A stretch of DNA of 63,999 bases, counting the filler, from Circinaria calcarea (lineage: Eukaryota), in assembly GCA_051942165.1 (NCBI GenBank). It is 9 parts of 9 records of this genome, joined end to end, with 100 filler letters (N's around TTAATTAATTAA, not from the genome) between each part and the next. Parts side by side here need not be neighbours in the genome. Positions count along the whole stretch, not along the records: positions 21,451 to 28,496 come from JAVECS010001423.1; positions 28,597 to 35,641 come from JAVECS010001424.1; positions 35,742 to 42,778 come from JAVECS010001425.1; 6 more parts are not named here. The stretch is one strand, 5' to 3'. The notes beneath the pieces are model-generated. The model was not told the DNA's origin. It worked only from the letters and a program-made list of their open reading frames with translations, and made no database searches. The translations under genes and the position numbers were made by a program. Below, piece after piece: positions 26,715 to 38,940 of this stretch. The first letter of the stretch is position 1; each line of letters starts with the position of its first letter.

Positions 26715-28496
26715 ATGACAACCGACCTTGACGAAAAGGACGACAAGGTCCGTGGCAGAGATGCGGCCTTCAGTTTTTTACCGGGTGCGGGCAATGAGAA
26801 AGGGCCCATTGACCTCGACAAAAGCGAAGCCGGTGTGTTGATGAAAGATGGCTTGAAGTTGCACCCCCAACCCACGGCGGATCCTCTAGATCCTCTAAAC
26901 TGGCCAACATGGAGGAAACATGTCATCTTGGCCATTGTCATGCTCAAGTAAGTTACTCCTCGGGGAAGGCGGGACTACAGCATGTTATTCGCGTGAGCGC
27001 TTCGCATAGAAGAGTGTTAAGACGCCGCCCAAAGGAGCTTTTTCACGTCATGGCGGTGTAGGGTTATAGGGGCGCAAACCATGGCTAACGCCACGTCTAG
27101 GTACTTTTTGTTCACCTACATCACCACCACAACTGTCCCGTCTTTCCCCCAGCTTCAAGCGGATTTGGGCATCTCATTTTCCCAGGTCAACTGGACTGTA
27201 GCAATCCCAGCGCTTGGTCTTGCAGTCGGACCTCTATTCTGGTCTTCTTTCGCCGATATATATGGACGACGTATTGTCTTTATCATTGGTACAGTCATCT
27301 CCTTGGCTGCTACGATTGGAGCCGCGGTTTCGACCGAGTTTAGCGGTTATATGGCAGCAAGGTTTTTCCAAGGTTTTGGTGTTAGTCCAGGTGCTACGGT
27401 TGGCCTAGCGGTTATTAATGACCTGTTTTTCGAATACCAGCGTGGGCAAAAGCTAGGACTTTGGGTCCTCGCTATTGACACAGGTCTCTTGGTTGGGCCG
27501 ATTATTGGGGGTTTCATAGATCTCGTTAGCTCGGCGTGGATACAGTGGCTTACCGCAATCTTCTTTGGGCTTCTCTTGGTCTTGGAGGTCGTGTTCATGT
27601 CAGAAACCTTATACCCTCGAACGACCATGCTGACAAGAATGCCAATGATAACGGGGATATCAGGTCAAATTGATGTGGAAAAACTTGGACGAAGGAGAAG
27701 CAATGCCGCAGATGTGCATCTGAAGCGAACAACGAAACTACCGTTCCTCAACATCCGGCCAGTTCCAGGCATGCGCCTTCCAAGACCATGGGACTCGGTC
27801 ACTCGGTTTTTCATTACCTTTAAATTCTCAGTCGTGCTCATCAGCGTTCTCGTCTTCTGCTTCGCCTGGTATTGGTGGATCCTATCGATTATCACCATGT
27901 TACCGACAGCATATGCGCAGTATTCTCCACAGGTCCAAGGTCTCCTTTTCCTTGGACTGCTCCTGGGGACGATATTCTCGGAAATATTCTGCGCTGGCCG
28001 TCTCAGTGATTGGCTATGCATCAAGTTGACAAAGAGGAACAATAATATAAAGGTTGCAGAGATGAGATTATGGTTAGCCTACCCAGCCGCTTTATTAAGT
28101 GCGGGTATGAACTGCCCTTTTCCGATTCCTTTGATACCACTTAACTAACGATTTACAGTCGGCCTTATCATATGGGGTATTAGTATAGATAGAGGTTACC
28201 ATTGGATTGTTGGTCAAATCGCCTTCTTCCTCTGTATGTTACCTATCCCTGACACCTTCCCCCTTATGATATCTTTTCAAAAGAGACCGATACTGACAAA
28301 GTACAACCCAGTTGCAATGGGCATCCAGATGGGAAATACCGTCATCACAGCATATATTGTTGACTCCTACCCCCTTCAATCCATGAGCGTTATCACCTTT
28401 TACTCCGTCTTCCTCAACCTCAGCGCTTTTATCAATCCCGTAAGTTTCCCTCCCCTCTTCTACCCCTTTTACCCCTCTATCCCTTTACCCTTTTAT
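26715..28496 (+). CDS. MFS transporter, HOL1/DHA1-like; introns 26948-27100, about 28105-28158, 28234-28290 and 28440 onward; 3' truncated
   Basis: LHPQPTADPLDPLNWPTWRK, ADIYGRR, INDLFFEYQRG, AEMRLW, AYIVDSYP. Confidence 0.88.
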
Positions 28497-28596
28497 NNNN
28501 NNNNNNNNNNNNNNNNNNNNNNNNNNNNNNNNNNNNNNNNTTAATTAATTAANNNNNNNNNNNNNNNNNNNNNNNNNNNNNNNNNNNNNNNNNNNN
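28497..28596. other. Artificial contig linker
   Basis: N44-TTAATTAATTAA-N44. Confidence 0.98.
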
Positions 28597-28910
28597 AAGT
28601 ACAGTATCCCGTCCTTTTCCTCCACCTTCGTGAACAACTTTTCAAAGACCTTTTCCCTGTAGACAAGAAATGCCTTTTGAACTGTATCCGCTGCACGACA
28701 AAGAGAACGGCGTCTCTGTGAGGCCTTGCATGCTCGCCTGTGAATAGGCCAGGCAGCGGCTTGGCAGGCTGGAGAGCAGTAGTATGTAGAAGTAAGGTCT
28801 GAGGTGAGAGTGATGGGTGGGGAGAGCTTGCATCCAGCGCAGGCAGCATTGGCAGGTTGAGTACAGTTAGAACATGAAGAGGCTCCACGATTCAGGGATG
28901 TTGAAGCCAT
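28597..28910 (-). CDS. MYND zinc-finger protein, N-terminal part (3' truncated)
   Basis: CSNC...CAGC...YYCSPACQAAAWPIHRRAC. Confidence 0.85.
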
Positions 28911-31151
28911 ACTCAATGGATTGACATTAGAGGTCCCTTCCAAAACTGACAATGATCGAAGTTCGGAAGAGGTTGCGGGATCTGAGAAAGAAAAAGTAAC
29001 AGCTGAAGGTAAGATTCTTTTCTGACTGAGGCTTCGAGTTAGGCGCAAGCTAATAGCAATTTGGGACGCTGGAGTTTGTCCGGATGAATATGACGATTGG
29101 AGTGTCCTCAATGGCTGGATATCATTGTGCACTAGTTCAGCTAGAGAGAGTGATCGAGTGGAAATGCGTTGAAGATGTGAGATCTGGTGCTAATGTAAGC
29201 AATTTGGTCGGCGCTGGGGACCGAGAAGCACTAAATCCCAAAGCTCCAGACGGTGAAGCAAATTGGTAAGAAGGCTATATATACCGATGTTAGCGAGTGA
29301 GGGGCTTCAGATGGTAAATCAAATGACCGAGAGACTGCAGACGAGGAAGTAAAGGAATCAAATACTCCAGGCAGTGATGCAACCGATCTCAAAATTGCAA
29401 GCAGTAACGTAGGTGATCTGAAAACCACAGGGAGTGAGACAACTAATTTAAAAATGAGAGACAGTAAGTTAAGGAAGTCTTGAATGTATCTGATTCCAAG
29501 GGGTGGTTGTACTGGTGGGCATACTTCGCTATTCTTAACCTGCTGTTTTAGTTATCCTATGCCTCAGTTGGTGCATTCCGACCACAACTATGACCAGGAA
29601 GAGGTGCATTCGCCTTGACGTCTCATGGTCGTATCTGAGGTAATTTTGTTGACTTTCAGAATGTAAGGATTATTGTTAGAGCGGAGCAGCTGCTGCCCTA
29701 CCAAACATCCTATCAAAGACCTTCGGTATCACTTGATCAGTTGTCAACTGCATCAACTCGTTTCGTACTTAGTTTTGCAGCTGAACTTGCGAAGCCAGGT
29801 ATATATGCCTTGCCACACGGTTTTCTGTGCTGTGAAGACCCAAATTTGAACGTTAACACGGTATCAAGTACGAAAGTCCGTCTGACGCTCTATCACCCCT
29901 CACATTCGTTTGTAGGTTGATTGCAGGTAAAATTATCATCTGTCCCAAACAAGGTGAAAGGAAATCACAGTCCTTCTTCTTGCCAAGTTCATCTCTTATT
30001 TGGTTGCCTGACATGGGCCCCTAACATAACTAGTCCTCGCTCGATACCCAAATATAGATGTACATCTTTTGCCAACACAGAAAACGGTGCTAACACCACT
30101 TGACTCAATTCTTTAAGCTTCCATATAAAAGTGTAGATCTGGCCTTTTCGTAGGCTACTGGAACTCTGCTGCGATATATGGCCTCTCCGGGTCTAGCTCA
30201 CCCACATACCTTTCGTAGCTATTTCGTGTTAACACCTTCATGACTCTACTATCTGTTGTTGCTTGCATGAAGACGCATTGCCGGTCTTATTGTTTTTGAC
30301 TTCGGCTGCGCCAGGAATTGGGTAGTCATAGGTAGAGTACATGAGTCGACCGTGAAAGTTTTGTGAGACGTTGTCACAAGTTTCGAAGAAAGACATTTTG
30401 TACTTGAATGCTTCGGCTTTTCTTGATGTTGCTATTATGATAAACGATTCTTTTGGTTTGTACCACAATCGCAAAGCATCTTCAGGGCATATTGACCGTA
30501 TGCCTGATAGATATAGATTCCCTAATAGCGGCAGGTTCGGAAGAGCCAAACCTCAGTTGATATGTACACTCTGTAGAAGCAACCTGATCAAAGGTGAATG
30601 TACTTAGGATTTCATCATTGCCTGATCTTCAGTCCGAAGACATGTCTTCAAGCAGAACGCCGAGGACCCGGTCCCCGTATCTCCTGGATCGCCTCTGCCA
30701 CAATGAAAGGTAAAGATTCGCAGAAATTGCGGCGAATAGACTTGTCTTAGGATGAATTGTCTTTCCGATGGATCGATCCACGTCAAAGCTTAGCTTGGAG
30801 TCTGAGACCCCGAGGACAACTAATCAATTGCCTGCTATGTAAGGCTACGGTCAACAAGTTAGTTACTCCACAATCAACGAGATAGTAAATCATACTTTAT
30901 AAGTAGGTTGAAAAGGAAAGATGTATGGGTAATAGATAGGCCTTACGTTCGAAAATGGACATAAAACTTCAGGGTGAAGTCACGATCTCCTCGGCATCCA
31001 ACAATGGTCGAACAAACCTCGATTAGGGAATGTATATGAATATATCTTGGAGGTCGCCGGCAGCAAGATGTATATGTATATTTTATACCTCGATATTCGG
31101 CAATAGTACGAAGAACCCCGGACTTGGTAATTCGTTTGACACTCCGGTTTC

Positions 31152-32885
31152 TCAACCCAGCAAATCTTCCAGCACTCCTTCCATCTCCTCCCTCCGTAAT
31201 GGCACACCAAGCACCTCCCCTCCCACTCCATCGCGCCGACTAACCACCATCTGGTGATCATGAAATTCCTTTAGTAATGTTCGGAACGCCATTTCGCTGC
31301 TACAGAGAAATTCCTCCACCGCTTTCTGATAGAGTACTCGGTAGTCAACGCCACTACTCTCGTCTCCATTACCTCTTCTACCCCTTGTGTTCCTAGCCTC
31401 ATCAGGCTCATCGTCATCATTAGCAGCATCTTCGTTTTCTCCCCCTTCATCAGCAGAAGCTAGGATCTCGGCAATGAGAATCCGATATAATCCTCTTGCG
31501 TTCTCCGGCAAACTCTTCAACACCCACCTTACGCCCTCTCTCCCCTTGCCACTCGCCCCTTTCCTTCCCATGAGCTCATTAACACTATCAACTACCCCTC
31601 CGACCTCTCCTGTCCCTTTACCGTCGTCGTAAGGTACAAAAGTAGTTGTGTCATGGAAAACCCAATTAAAGCACTCTCGCAAGGTAATGTCCCAGAGGAG
31701 TGGGAAAGAGGGTGTATCACATGTAATGACAAGACGGATTGAAGAATGAACAGAGAGAGCTGCAAGGAGGTGTTGGGTGTTCGGACGGCGGAGAGAAGGG
31801 GCGTCGAGAGAGTTGATGAGGACGTAGATAGGAGATTCTGGGGGTTGATCGTTTAGGTGGCTGAGGATGAGGTCGAGGAGATCAGAGGGTTGAGAGGGAA
31901 GCTTGCTGGGAAGAGAAGCTTCTTGTGGAAGAACGGATATGATCGTGGTTAGGAGCTGGCGCACTGTGAGGGTCGGGATGTAGCCGTTGATTATGACTGT
32001 GGTGGGTGGAGCAGAGGTAGGGTATTTGGAGTGGAGGTAATCTGCAAAGGAAGTGACGAGGGCGCGTTTGGATCCGTAGCCGTAGAGGCAAATGGAAAAG
32101 CGTTGGGACAGTTCGAATACCCATTGTGGGAAGGAGCGGGAGTGTAGTGAGTGCAAAAAGGAAATGGAGGAAGTATGCGGATCGGAATAAGTCGAGATTG
32201 CTGAGTGATAGGATGAATGAGAGAGGAGAGATAGTGAAGAGATACTATTCGAGGAAGTTTTGCTGTTTCCCGGGCGATTCTGAAAGAAATACTGTTCATG
32301 AGGTGGGAGGTTCTGGGGGGGTGTAGGCGATCGTTTTCGCCGAGCGCGTGCTGGTCTGCCAGGGCCACGTTTCGATGGCGTTTCTAAAAGAGCGACATCT
32401 GCATCGGGAATCTCTTGGGCTTCGTCTTGTGACTCTTCAGTGTCTGTTTCTGAGTCGTCCTCATCGCGGATTTTGTTGGCTAGATCGTCCTCCTTCTCGA
32501 GATCCTCATTATCACTCAAGCCGCCAGCAAGAGTCCGTTCTATCAACGTCCTAGCGCTTTTCCTTCGGGCAGAACGATCCGCATTCTGTATGCGTAGAGG
32601 TGTAAACCCATTCGTAAGAGGCTTCGTAGGCGTTGCGAAAAGCAGCTTTCCCTTAGACTTGGGCGTTGCACTCTGAGGTTCAGATGGTTCTATGGAGCCG
32701 CAAACAATAGTATCTTCCTGAACATTTTGCCGAGGTCGACCACGGGAACGCCTTGAAGGTGTGTTATTTTCAGATCCCAGATCTCGGTCCATGTTGACCT
32801 TTCCAACCCCATGTCGAGGTTTCTTCGGCGTAGGCGTTTTCACTTCATCATTCTTTGTTAACATAGGAACGCGCTTTCGCTTCAT
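31152..32885 (-). CDS. ORC2: Origin recognition complex subunit 2 (intronless)
   Basis: QNADRSARRKSAR, FPQWVFELSQRFSICLYGYGSKR, FHDTTTF, SSEMAFRTLLKEFHDHQM. Confidence 0.95.
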   Translation of the reverse strand: MKRKRVPMLTKNDEVKTPTPKKPRHGVGKVNMDRDLGSENNTPSRRSRGRPRQNVQEDTIVCGSIEPSEPQSATPKSKGKLLFATPTKPLTNGFTPLRIQNADRSARRKSARTLIERTLAGGLSDNEDLEKEDDLANKIRDEDDSETDTEESQDEAQEIPDADVALLETPSKRGPGRPARARRKRSPTPPQNLPPHEQYFFQNRPGNSKTSSNSISSLSLLSHSSYHSAISTYSDPHTSSISFLHSLHSRSFPQWVFELSQRFSICLYGYGSKRALVTSFADYLHSKYPTSAPPTTVIINGYIPTLTVRQLLTTIISVLPQEASLPSKLPSQPSDLLDLILSHLNDQPPESPIYVLINSLDAPSLRRPNTQHLLAALSVHSSIRLVITCDTPSFPLLWDITLRECFNWVFHDTTTFVPYDDGKGTGEVGGVVDSVNELMGRKGASGKGREGVRWVLKSLPENARGLYRILIAEILASADEGGENEDAANDDDEPDEARNTRGRRGNGDESSGVDYRVLYQKAVEEFLCSSEMAFRTLLKEFHDHQMVVSRRDGVGGEVLGVPLRREEMEGVLEDLLG

Positions 32886-33287
32886 TATAGCTGTACTAGA
32901 ACACTCCCTAAGTCTCATGTGTTGGTCATCCTTCGCAACCTCTCGAGGCTGGTGGCATGGTCTTCCCGGGACTTATTCCTGTAGACCTGCCTGAAACGCA
33001 GATTGCTGATGATCTTCGATCGAGCTCAGTTAGCGCGAAGCTTGTGCCTCCGTTTCGAATAAGGTTTCCCGAGTACTCGCGGAAGGTTTTCAACGGGCAT
33101 GTGGCGCAAACGCTAAGCCTAGTAGGGCGTGAAGGCGACGTTGCACATGTCTATAGTAGGACTCGTGAGGACAGTTAATGCATTATACTTCTGGTAAGCT
33201 TCAAGTCATATCTCCACAGGGGCTTTTCTTCTTCGTTATACTTGACTCATTCGTTGGGACTTGGGACTAATACGTCATGTATAAAGC

Positions 33288-35641
33288 ATGCCCACACCTC
33301 ACAGCCTTATCTTCAAGGTTGTCTTTCTGGTCACCAGTGTGATTTACCCTGCAATATGCGTTGGCAGCACGCCTGCAGTAGACAAGTCAGGTCCGGCTCC
33401 ACGCTTTATTGCCACTCCTGCAACTTGTCCGTCTAGAAGTATAAATTACATCACGCAAACTCTTCCACAACAATGTTTGACGACAAGTTGGAACACTCAG
33501 CCTTCTGCGACTGAACGCAGTCCACTACACACAGAAGACTTCCAAAAGCAGGAAGGTATAGAGGATAGGACAACATCCGGCCGATCAAGTGCACGAGGCG
33601 ATACTATAACTACAAAGCCGACTACTATTACAACATCGTCAGATACGACGAGCTGTACAAGGTCCGAAGGTCCAGCCTCTCAAACTCCTCGGCCTCAAAG
33701 AGAGGGAGATACGTCTGAAAAGTTGTCTAGTCCGCAACAAGACAACGATGTTGATCCTCTGTCTGATCATGCCAATTTCCTTTCTTTCGAGGAATGGAAG
33801 ACCCAGATGCTTAAGAAGGCTGGTCAATCGACAGAACATCTAGGAACGGTGCTTCCGAGCTCGGAGAATACAAGACCACGACAACGCCCTGGGAATATAA
33901 ACAACGTACTCGATTCATTGGGTGAAGACAACGAAATCGAACTAGATTTTGGGGGATTCGTGGGCTCAGATACGAAGGCAGATGCTATTTCATCGCGTAA
34001 AAGTAGTGACGGGTCATCTAGCGAGGGCCAGCCGGATAGGGGTCATCGAGAAGGTCTCAGCGAACAACTCTCGAGAAGGAGTAAGGACGCCGGCAAAACA
34101 TGTAAAGAACGGTCAAACTATGCATCATTCGATTGTGCTGCGACAGTCCTAAAATCCAATCCGGAATGCAAAGGAACTACCGCTGTGCTATTTGAAAATA
34201 AAGACAGCTACATGCTTAATGAATGCTCTGCTAAGAATAAGTTTTTCATTGTGGAGCTGTGTAATGATATCCTCATCGATACAGTGGTCCTTGCCAATTT
34301 TGAATTCTTCAGTTCAACGTTCAGGACTTTTCGTGTCAGCGTTTCTGATAGATATCCTGTCAAGTTAGACAAATGGAGGAATCTCGGGACATTCGAAGCC
34401 AGAAATACACGGGAAGTGCAAGCTTTTCTTGTCGAGAATCCATTTATTTGGGCTAGATATCTACGGATTGAGTTTCTCACGCACTACGGCAACGAGTATT
34501 ACTGCCCAGTCAGTTTGCTTAGAGTTCATGGCAAGACTATGATGGAGGACTACAAACATGATGTCAAAGCTGCTCGAGGAGAGGAAGATGACGAGGATGA
34601 TGTTTCTGAAATCGGGGAGGACGCAAACGGCAAGGAGGTCACAGAGATCATCACTACCAAAGTTATCAAGCAGGATAGTCGACCTAATACTCAGCAACCT
34701 GACGTGGGAATGCCTGCCGCGTCTCCTATCCCGTCGGTTACTGAGCCATCATCCGTCAATTCAACACCAGCAACTAGTCCCAGGACTATGTCTAACAATT
34801 CATCAGAGAATCCAGGAAGGTTTACGTATCGGAACGCGTTATTTGAACAACAGGATTTACTACTGTCTACATGTAAAGTTAAAAGACCATCATGTGATCT
34901 GGAGTTTACCAACGTAATAAGTTATGCCACACACGCAAAGCCATCGTTGACAAGCAAAGCTGTTAGCGGGCGTGAGCCGACCTCAGTAGTCTCGACAGCA
35001 GGTTTAACTTCTTCAACGTCGGAGACTGCCCAGTCATCCTCAAGCTCCACCATACCTTCTATTAACGCTACATCCGCATCCACTACGCATTCTGCAGCTG
35101 TTGACAAGACGCAAAATTCAACTAAAGTCAACCATACCATTTCGACGCCTAGCAAGACTGCTCATCACGCACCAGCACCAACTCCAACTACGCAAGAATC
35201 CTTTTTCAAATCCATCCACAAACGCCTCAAACTGCTTGAATCCAACTCCACACTTTCCCTCCAATACATCGAAGAACAATCCCGTATCCTCCGAGACGCC
35301 TTCACCAAGGTAGAAAGGCGTCAACTCGCCAAAACTACCTCTTTCCTTGAAACCCTCAACACCACCGTCCTCAACGAACTCCGAGACTTCCGCCTCCAAT
35401 ACGACCAGATCTGGCAATCCACCGTCCTCGAACTCTCTTCCCAGCGAGAGCAATCCCAACGTGAAGTCATCGCCCTCGGCGGCCGCCTCAGCATCTTAGC
35501 CGACGAAATTCTCTTCCAAAAGCGCATGGCCATCGTCCAATTCTCACTCATACTCCTCTGTCTCGGTCTCGTCATCTTCTCCCGCAACACATCAAACTCT
35601 AGCCCCGCCTACCTGGAACTCCAAACCGCCGTCCAAAACAT
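33288..35641 (+). CDS. SLP1: Mid-SUN domain ER membrane protein Slp1 (3' truncated)
   Basis: INYITQTLPQQC, FLSFEEWK, NYASFDCAATV, ENKDSYMLN, HYGNEYYCPVSLLRVHG, TQESFFKSIHKRL, C-terminal TM segment. Confidence 0.93.
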
Positions 35642-35741
35642 NNNNNNNNNNNNNNNNNNNNNNNNNNNNNNNNNNNNNNNNNNNNTTAATTAATTAANNN
35701 NNNNNNNNNNNNNNNNNNNNNNNNNNNNNNNNNNNNNNNNN
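35642..35741. other. Artificial contig linker
   Basis: N44-TTAATTAATTAA-N44. Confidence 0.98.
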
Positions 35742-36684
35742 CTTACTTTATAATCCGTAATTTATTATTTATTAATTACCGTACACTATATATTTTAGTG
35801 CTACCCGTTATTAGGCTTTACGGTTAGGGGTGGCGATACTCGCTTAGTTGGCGTTTTGGCGAATAGTGAAAATCTTTCACTCGCACACTTCTTCTCCTGT
35901 AACGATTAGTTCTCGAATACACTGCGTATACCCATCGTATTGGTCGTGCCTCACATTACCACATACCTTAGTCATAGATACTTTTCAAGTAAAGTACTCT
36001 ACGGCATCACACCTGCAAAACGGGACAGATGATTTATGAGATGTAGTTGACCAGATCGAGTCCCTGGTCTTCTGCCCTCACAGTGGATTTTATCTGCGAA
36101 CGACCGGTGGTTCCCCCTCTCGCTACTCCCGCTCCCGACTTTCCACTCCGACAGGCTTACAATAGCTATTCGTCGAGAAAGTCCGAGGACTGTAGGCCAC
36201 TGATATGGGCTCTGTTGAGCGTGAGCGTGAGGAAGGGTTGGAAGGAGAGTAGAGGGAGGAATAAAAGATATTGGCATAAGGAAATAAATGACGAGTTTTT
36301 CAGGAGCTCTTCTCGGTTCGAAAGCCTTTGTATATAATCAAAGAAAACACCAGATATCGATTATAGTAGCGTTCTATCCTTGGTGTTGAACCTCCAATGG
36401 GTCAGGTCCTTTTGATAGCTTTGAAGGTTTAGAAAGAGCACTACGTAACTTTTTTCTGAACAAACCTGTACGCCTCATATCTTTCTCATAAATCCTTCGC
36501 GTTGCGTTTTCCTTGCCAGTCTTGATTGGGGTGAGCAAAATGGATATACCTGGCCAAAGTAAAATCCCAAAAAAAAACTTCTTCTCTGCTAAACACATGT
36601 GGCACCAGAATTTTCGTTTGCCGTGGCAAATATCTTCATGGCTCGACGAGATCGTACTGACTGGCGAAAATCAAGGGCTACAAG

Positions 36685-38858
36685 TCATCTCGGTGAAGAC
36701 GCTAAAACATTTGCATGTTGTGAAGGAAATAGGGTGCTCCGCTCAAACCGGAGTCTTTGAAATCGTCTGTAATTGGCCTCAGCGAGACGCAAAGCACGAG
36801 TCGTGGATAAGAGGGGGTACCGATCCCGAATGTCGCGGTAGTAGTCGTCCAGATCTGTTTCATCCTCCTTCGGACTCGGCGCCATCGCCACATGCACATT
36901 GCGAAAGACTTTGATCTCCTTCACTTCTCGGTCAACAAGCTCTTTTTCGGAATTGTCCGGATCAGAAGGTTGAAGAGCGACTGCGGTGGATGGGATGGCG
37001 CTCTGATTAAGCCATGCATCAAGGGGAGAAGCACCACTGTTCCAATCCATGGCAGTAACGGCCGCATAATTGAAAGCCTTGCTTTCCCCCCCTTTACGCA
37101 CCTTGGCTGGACGGTCAACTGCGGCCTCGAATTCTGATGCATTTCGCTTAGGGGGCAGATTGGCCAACTGGGTGGATTCATCAATCTCAACAGCGTCCGG
37201 CGGTTCTGGCCTGCTACCATAGAGTCGCAAGTCCTCTTCAACCTGGTGGAGAGCAACGTCCTCTTCTGAGACAATCACGGGGCTGAACACATCTTCCAAT
37301 TCCTTCGAAGTGGGGGAGAATTTGAGATAGCATATCTCACTACTTCCATTCAGCTTTGACGAATGTAACGGGTAACGGACTCCTACCAGGTCAGCTGACT
37401 TGAGGTTTTACATTTTTTTTATTCCAACGCCCGTACAATCTGGTTGTGGACAGTGTCCAGGTTTTCTCTGGAGATGAGACATTATCATCGACATTGTTAA
37501 TATTGCACCTTGGGAGATGGAACGGCTCCAATGCTCTTTCTTCACGATTGCCCATCGGTTTCTGACGTCGATAATATGAAAATGACCGTCCAAGATCTTG
37601 TTTTCTCCAGGCTTGTCCTTGAATTGGGCGCGAAGGAATCCCTCAAAAGGCTGGTTGGATAGGTCAGTGATTGAAAAAGTGATTGATGGTCAGATCAAGA
37701 GCACGCGTACTTCCCAATAACAAAAGTACTCATAAGGCAATTCCTGTGCAGATTTTGAAGTCAGTATTGCCTTTTTCAGAGAGTTTTGGAGTATTGTGAT
37801 ATATCGCCATGGAAATTGATGAACAAAAGAATGGCCTGGCTCCCGGAAAATGTTTCGCGACTTATGAATCTGCCTCGATTGGGGGAGAAATAAATCCAAA
37901 AAGTAGGTACCCTATATTCCCCTAATGCGTTTGTGAATTGAATATTCGAGGCATGTAAAGAAGAGGGCGAGTGTGCAAGACGCTCCTGTATTTGCAGAAC
38001 AGCCTGATACGTACGCCAGTCGGCTTGCATAATGGTATAAAGAAGATTGCGAATCTCCTGTGGAAAGGTGCCGACGAAAGCCATGACCTGCTCCGCTAGA
38101 TTTCGTAGACTTATCACTGACGCGTGTGTTGCATCGCTTTTGGATGAGATATCGTCCAGTTTTGCCTGGGAAGTTGCCTCTACACCCTCCATTCGGTGCT
38201 CGATATGTTCTACCATACCATGAACTTGATGTAATGCAGCCCGCTGCTCGCCAATCTTCGATATCAAGTCTCCGTGATTCTGTTTTGCTCTTGCGTCCAT
38301 CGACGAAACGGTTTGCCTATTGAGTATGTATGAGCGGGCTGCTACGTACAGGAATTAAATCATGATTGTACTCACAAGGAGTGTGTAGCAAGCAGTAAGT
38401 TGATATTGATTAGCTTCGCTGCCACCAGAGCCCTGAGCTTCTCCACTTCCTGTCCAAACGAGACCGCCCATCTCGCCTTACGACCGGCGTTACGAAATGC
38501 TGTTCGATCTGTCCAAGGTCCCAGCGAGGATTCGTATCTCTCAAGCTTCTTCATAAAGTCTCGGAGAGGCAACTGGCAAGCAAGAGCCATACCCCGAATA
38601 GCGTTCACATGGCTGATATTGTCCTCGGTACACTCCAGGGTCTCCAGATGCTGGAGAGCATGTTTAAGACCTTTGAGCTCTATAACAGCGTCCTGATATT
38701 CCGCAGACGCACCACCCGCTTCTTTCAGTGCCTTGCTAATCTTTCTAATCAAATCTATCAACAGGTAAGCGCAAGCAAGATGTAGTCACACAGAGCTATG
38801 TCCACTCACTGATCGCACTGATGAAGTCGCCAACCGAGAAGCCAAATGCCGGCGTCAT
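36685..38858 (-). CDS. HeLo-like/SesA-type fungal N-terminal domain plus ubiquitin-like domain protein; about 5 introns; apparent 1-nt frameshift in T8 run near 37413-37420
   Basis: MTPAFGFSVGDFISA...ALKEAGGASAEYQ...RKARWAV; FTNALGEYR/ELPYEYFCYWE/PFEGFLRAQFKDKPG...W...MSM; C-terminal YYRDIRDRYP...RLAEANYRR. Confidence 0.7.
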
Positions 38859-38940
38859 CTCCAGATGTACCTCTTGAGGGGTCAACGCATGGACAACGGC
38901 CTATGAAGTGAGCAGTAGTAGTGGCAAGAGTGTCACCACT

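Noticed and set aside
25152..26718. ORFs of 121-211 aa between MATE and MFS, including a PWPW motif
   Set aside because: No family motifs and overlapping on both strands; consistent with a GC-rich divergent promoter. PWPW is not the PPW motif of polyamine-regulated uORFs.
29100..31100. Short ORF fragments between the MYND gene and ORC2
   Set aside because: No recognisable domain or splice model could be built.
35742..35870. AT-rich contig start with a possible TIR (cggttaggggtggcg)
   Set aside because: No partner repeat in the window; may be a RIP-mutated repeat edge but cannot be supported.
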